27,746 bases of DNA, taken from positions 1-27,746 of IMG/VR virus record IMGVR_UViG_3300037423_000201, one strand, 5' to 3'. Every line of letters begins with the position of its first letter. The first letter of the stretch is position 1. The notes under the pieces are model-generated. The model was not told where the DNA came from and did no database searches. It saw only the letters and a program-made list of their open reading frames with translations. This stretch comes from a virus (lineage: Duplodnaviria; Caudoviricetes). The position numbers and the translations under genes were made by a program. Shown here piece by piece: positions 25,325 to 27,746 of the stretch.

Positions 25325-25527
25325 GCATCTTCATCCGCATCGCACTGCGCTACGGCGCGGCCATTCTCGTCACGCGCGGACTTCTCGGCGCCGATGACGC
25401 CGCCGCTATCAGCACTGATCCCGATATCGCCATGGCCGTGGAAGTCGGCATCGGCGGCGCGCTCGGCATCGGTGCCGAGGTTTGGCATTGGGTCTCCGCA
25501 AAGCTTGGTCTCTACAGGAGCAATTGA
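25321..25527 (+). CDS. putative holin-like membrane protein, 68 aa
   Basis: ATG 25321 in an ATGA overlap with the endolysin stop; MSIFIRIALRYGAAILVTRG...IGGALGIGAEVWHW; two hydrophobic segments. Confidence 0.65.
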   Translation: MSIFIRIALRYGAAILVTRGLLGADDAAAISTDPDIAMAVEVGIGGALGIGAEVWHWVSAKLGLYRSN

Positions 25528-25528
25528 C

Positions 25529-25639
25529 ATGGAAAATCTCAAAGGTTGGCTGACTGAAAACCTCGCCGCGCTGAAGCCGTATCTCATCACGGCCGGCTCC
25601 GCATTTGCCATTGGCCTCATCTTCGGGCTCTGGATCTGA
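25529..25639 (+). CDS. 36-aa single-TM peptide
   Basis: AGGAG RBS; MENLKGWLTENLAALKPYLITAGSAFAIGLIFGLWI; TGATG overlap with the next gene. Confidence 0.65.
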   Translation: MENLKGWLTENLAALKPYLITAGSAFAIGLIFGLWI

Positions 25640-26058
25640 TGAACTGGCTGCTTCAGCTTCTTGGCATCGACCCTGTTGGGAAGATACTCGACGGGCTGAA
25701 TACTGCATACAAGGCCAAGCTGGCAGCGCAGAACGATGCTGATCGCATCGCCGCCGATGTGACTATCCAGCGCTACCAGGCCCTGCTTGAGCAGCAGAAG
25801 ACGGCGGCCAGCGTCGTCACCGCCGGGATGTCTCACAAGGCATTCTGGATACCGTGGCTCATTGCTGCTGTTCCTACAGCCGCCTGGTTTGGCTGGGGCA
25901 TGCTGGACAGCCTCTGCAACGGCGCCTTGCCCGATGCCGCCGCGTTACCGCCGCAGCTCAAAGAGTATGCGGATATCGTCTTTCAAAACATCTTCTATGT
26001 TGGCGGGGGAGTTGCCGGGCTCGGTGCCATCGCTAATGCGATTGGGAGACGTAAATGA
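25639..26058 (+). CDS. putative holin (3TM/GTA-holin-like topology), 139 aa
   Basis: Amphipathic N-terminus, coiled coil, then FWIPWLIAAVPTAAWFGW and IVFQNIFYVGG hydrophobic segments with a basic tail; lies in the lysis cassette. Confidence 0.6.
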   Translation: MNWLLQLLGIDPVGKILDGLNTAYKAKLAAQNDADRIAADVTIQRYQALLEQQKTAASVVTAGMSHKAFWIPWLIAAVPTAAWFGWGMLDSLCNGALPDAAALPPQLKEYADIVFQNIFYVGGGVAGLGAIANAIGRRK

Positions 26059-26357
26059 CGCCGGAAAATCTCCTCTATCTCGTCCTCGCCATCGCAGCGG
26101 CAGTCGGCGGCGTCTACTGGCGCTTCAGTTCGGTTGTCAGCGACGCCAGGAACGACACGGCCAGCGTCCGCAGCGATCTAGCTGCACACAAACTCCACAC
26201 CGCAGAAACCTACGTGACCAAGGCCGGGATGCAAGAACAGACCGCCGCGATCATGAAGGCCATCGATTCAGTTGGCGACAAGATCGACCGCACCAACGAG
26301 CGGCTTGATCGCGTCTTTGAGCACCAGCAGCCGGCTCGGCCAAGACGCGGCTCGTAA
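26055..26357 (+). CDS. single-TM coiled-coil phage membrane protein, 100 aa
   Basis: N-terminal LLYLVLAIAAAVGGVYW, then KLH.AE.YVTK and a coiled coil (I..KIDR...RLD); ATGA overlap. Confidence 0.7.
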   Translation: MTPENLLYLVLAIAAAVGGVYWRFSSVVSDARNDTASVRSDLAAHKLHTAETYVTKAGMQEQTAAIMKAIDSVGDKIDRTNERLDRVFEHQQPARPRRGS

Positions 26358-26390
26358 TACTCTCCTCCCTCCACTGAAAGGATAAATGCC

Positions 26391-27053
26391 ATGGGCGAAA
26401 AACTCGCCTTCTGGGCCTCTTTTGCGTGCCTGTGCGTTGCCTTGTCCCTGCTCACTATCATGGCTGTCTTCGTCACGGTCAGTCCGTCCAGCGCGCGAGC
26501 GCCTGACGATATCCTGGTGGCCGATCCCGTTGTCCTCCTTCAGATCGGCGACGAAGGCGAGTGCACAGGTTTCGTTATCCCGGCATTCGTCGCTCAATCC
26601 ATTGCCACGGCCGGTCATTGCGCAGCGGCGGCGGAAGGAAAGACCGTCACGGCCAAGGACAGCCTCGGGCACACTTTCCAGGTTTCGATGGTCTACGTCG
26701 ACAAGATGCATGACCTGGCAATCTTTGCCGGCGCCATCAAAGACCCGGTAGCCTCCGCGCAACTCGCCTGCGACGCTCCGGTCAACATTGGCGATCAGGT
26801 TTCCATCATCGGCTATCCGCTCGACTTTGGCAGGGTAACGACGATTGGCACCGTGGCCGCCCCCCCGGGTCCATGGCGGTACTGGCCTGAGGTCTATCGC
26901 TTGAACATCTTCGCCGGCCCCGGCAACTCTGGCAGCCCTGTTTTCAATAAGGCCGGGAAGGTGATCGCGGTGCTGGTCGGCGGCAACCCTGACTGGCCCG
27001 GCATGTCGATGGCCGTTCCAATCTCCGAATTCTGCCACCCGAAGATCGTCTGA
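26391..27053 (+). CDS. trypsin-like (S1) serine protease with N-terminal signal or anchor
   Basis: Catalytic triad motifs CTGF...ATAGHC, HDLAI and GNSGSPV, plus IGYP; hydrophobic N-terminus; GAAAGGA RBS. Confidence 0.88.
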   Translation: MGEKLAFWASFACLCVALSLLTIMAVFVTVSPSSARAPDDILVADPVVLLQIGDEGECTGFVIPAFVAQSIATAGHCAAAAEGKTVTAKDSLGHTFQVSMVYVDKMHDLAIFAGAIKDPVASAQLACDAPVNIGDQVSIIGYPLDFGRVTTIGTVAAPPGPWRYWPEVYRLNIFAGPGNSGSPVFNKAGKVIAVLVGGNPDWPGMSMAVPISEFCHPKIV

Positions 27054-27095
27054 TTTTCCACTTTCGCGGCTCTGTCTGGCCGCATCAGTGGGAAA
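27054..27095 (+). promoter_or_regulatory. intergenic stem-loop
   Basis: TTTTCCACT/AGTGGGAAA (9 bp), a 3x3 internal loop, then GCGGCT/GGCCGC; begins at the first base after the protease stop. Confidence 0.5.
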
Positions 27096-27124
27096 CCCTC
27101 CCGTAACAACCTCATAGGACCATC

Positions 27125-27746
27125 ATGAATGTGGACGGTGTTACGACAACGCCGCCGGAAGGCTTGCTCCGGCTTCGCGTCCTGCTCCCCGAATTCACCA
27201 GACCAGATGGGAGCCTGAATATCAGGGGCATCGCTGGCGCCCTTGGAATCTCGCGATCCTCCGTCATGCGCTGGAAAGCCAAGATCGACGAGGAAGACAA
27301 GCAAGCCGCCCAAATCAACTATACACCGGACATCGACGGCATCGAGGAATCCAAGCCTCGCGTCCGTGTCCGCGCCTACAATCTCTCCGTCACCAAAGAC
27401 CTTCCCGTCCGTCGAGTGGTGGCAATCGGCGACCTTCATCTCAAGCCCGGGATGGATGTCGAGCACTTCCGCTGGATCGGCCGCTACGTGGCTGAAACTC
27501 GCCCTGACAATGTGCTCCAGATCGGCGATTTTTTCGACTTCGAATCCTGCGAAATGCATAGCGCGGCAGGGTCTGCAAGCCAAATGCAGCGCCCAGCCTT
27601 CCTCGATGAAATGGGGGCCGGGGAAGACGCTCTGGAAGCCTACCATGCTGAAGTCGGTCTAGGCGATTTCCCGCATGATGTTATCTACGGGAACCACGAA
27701 TATCGGGTCGAAAGGTTAGAAGAGCTGGCTCCCAATCTTGCGGGAA
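27125..27746 (+). CDS. HTH plus calcineurin-like metallophosphoesterase, truncated by the window end
   Basis: Not in the ORF track (no stop in window). From ATG 27125 (AGGA upstream): IRGIAGALGISRSSVMRW (HTH), VVAIGDLH, LQIGDFFD and IYGNHE. Confidence 0.85.
   Translation, partial: MNVDGVTTTPPEGLLRLRVLLPEFTRPDGSLNIRGIAGALGISRSSVMRWKAKIDEEDKQAAQINYTPDIDGIEESKPRVRVRAYNLSVTKDLPVRRVVAIGDLHLKPGMDVEHFRWIGRYVAETRPDNVLQIGDFFDFESCEMHSAAGSASQMQRPAFLDEMGAGEDALEAYHAEVGLGDFPHDVIYGNHEYRVERLEELAPNLAG

Larger units (their letters stand above)
1..27746 (+). mobile_element. late region of a podovirus-type (T7/BPP-1-like morphogenesis) phage or prophage
   Basis: Co-oriented, translationally coupled terminase-portal-scaffold-capsid-adaptor-nozzle-ejection-fibre-lysis gene order; no tape measure or sheath gene. 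Element boundaries lie outside the window. Confidence 0.93.

Noticed and set aside
490-26381. Recurrent CTGAAAGG before ORFs 507, 7353 and 26391 as a phage promoter motif
   Set aside because: Each copy sits at Shine-Dalgarno distance from an ATG, so it is explained as an RBS. No longer T7-type promoter consensus was seen.

Overview
The whole window is the late (virion morphogenesis and lysis) region of a GC-rich podovirus-type phage or prophage. Gene order resembles T7/BPP-1: small genes, TerS, TerL, portal, scaffold, major capsid, decoration protein, tail adaptor, nozzle, gp13/gp14-like proteins, three large ejection proteins (one with a lytic transglycosylase), tail fibre/spike, GH108 endolysin with several membrane proteins, a trypsin-like protease and a truncated HTH-metallophosphoesterase. 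An alphaproteobacterial (rhizobial-like) host is an inference from composition and protein style. No integrase, att site, replication gene, tRNA or CRISPR array is visible. The most notable observations are: (1) a structured non-coding element at 7185-7310, between a terminator and the capsid gene, with three copies of the same CCACC/CC internal loop in different but complementary helices, one copy strand-swapped and enclosing another; (2) an ejection protein carrying an inserted ADP-ribosyltransferase-like domain and a possible GNAT-like domain; (3) an HslV/proteasome-beta-like Thr protease inside the head-tail module; (4) an ejection gene that appears to start at ATC; (5) counter-oriented accessory genes flanking the tail fibre: two small membrane proteins and a sugar O-methyltransferase-like enzyme. 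All family assignments come from reading motifs and synteny by eye, not from database searches.
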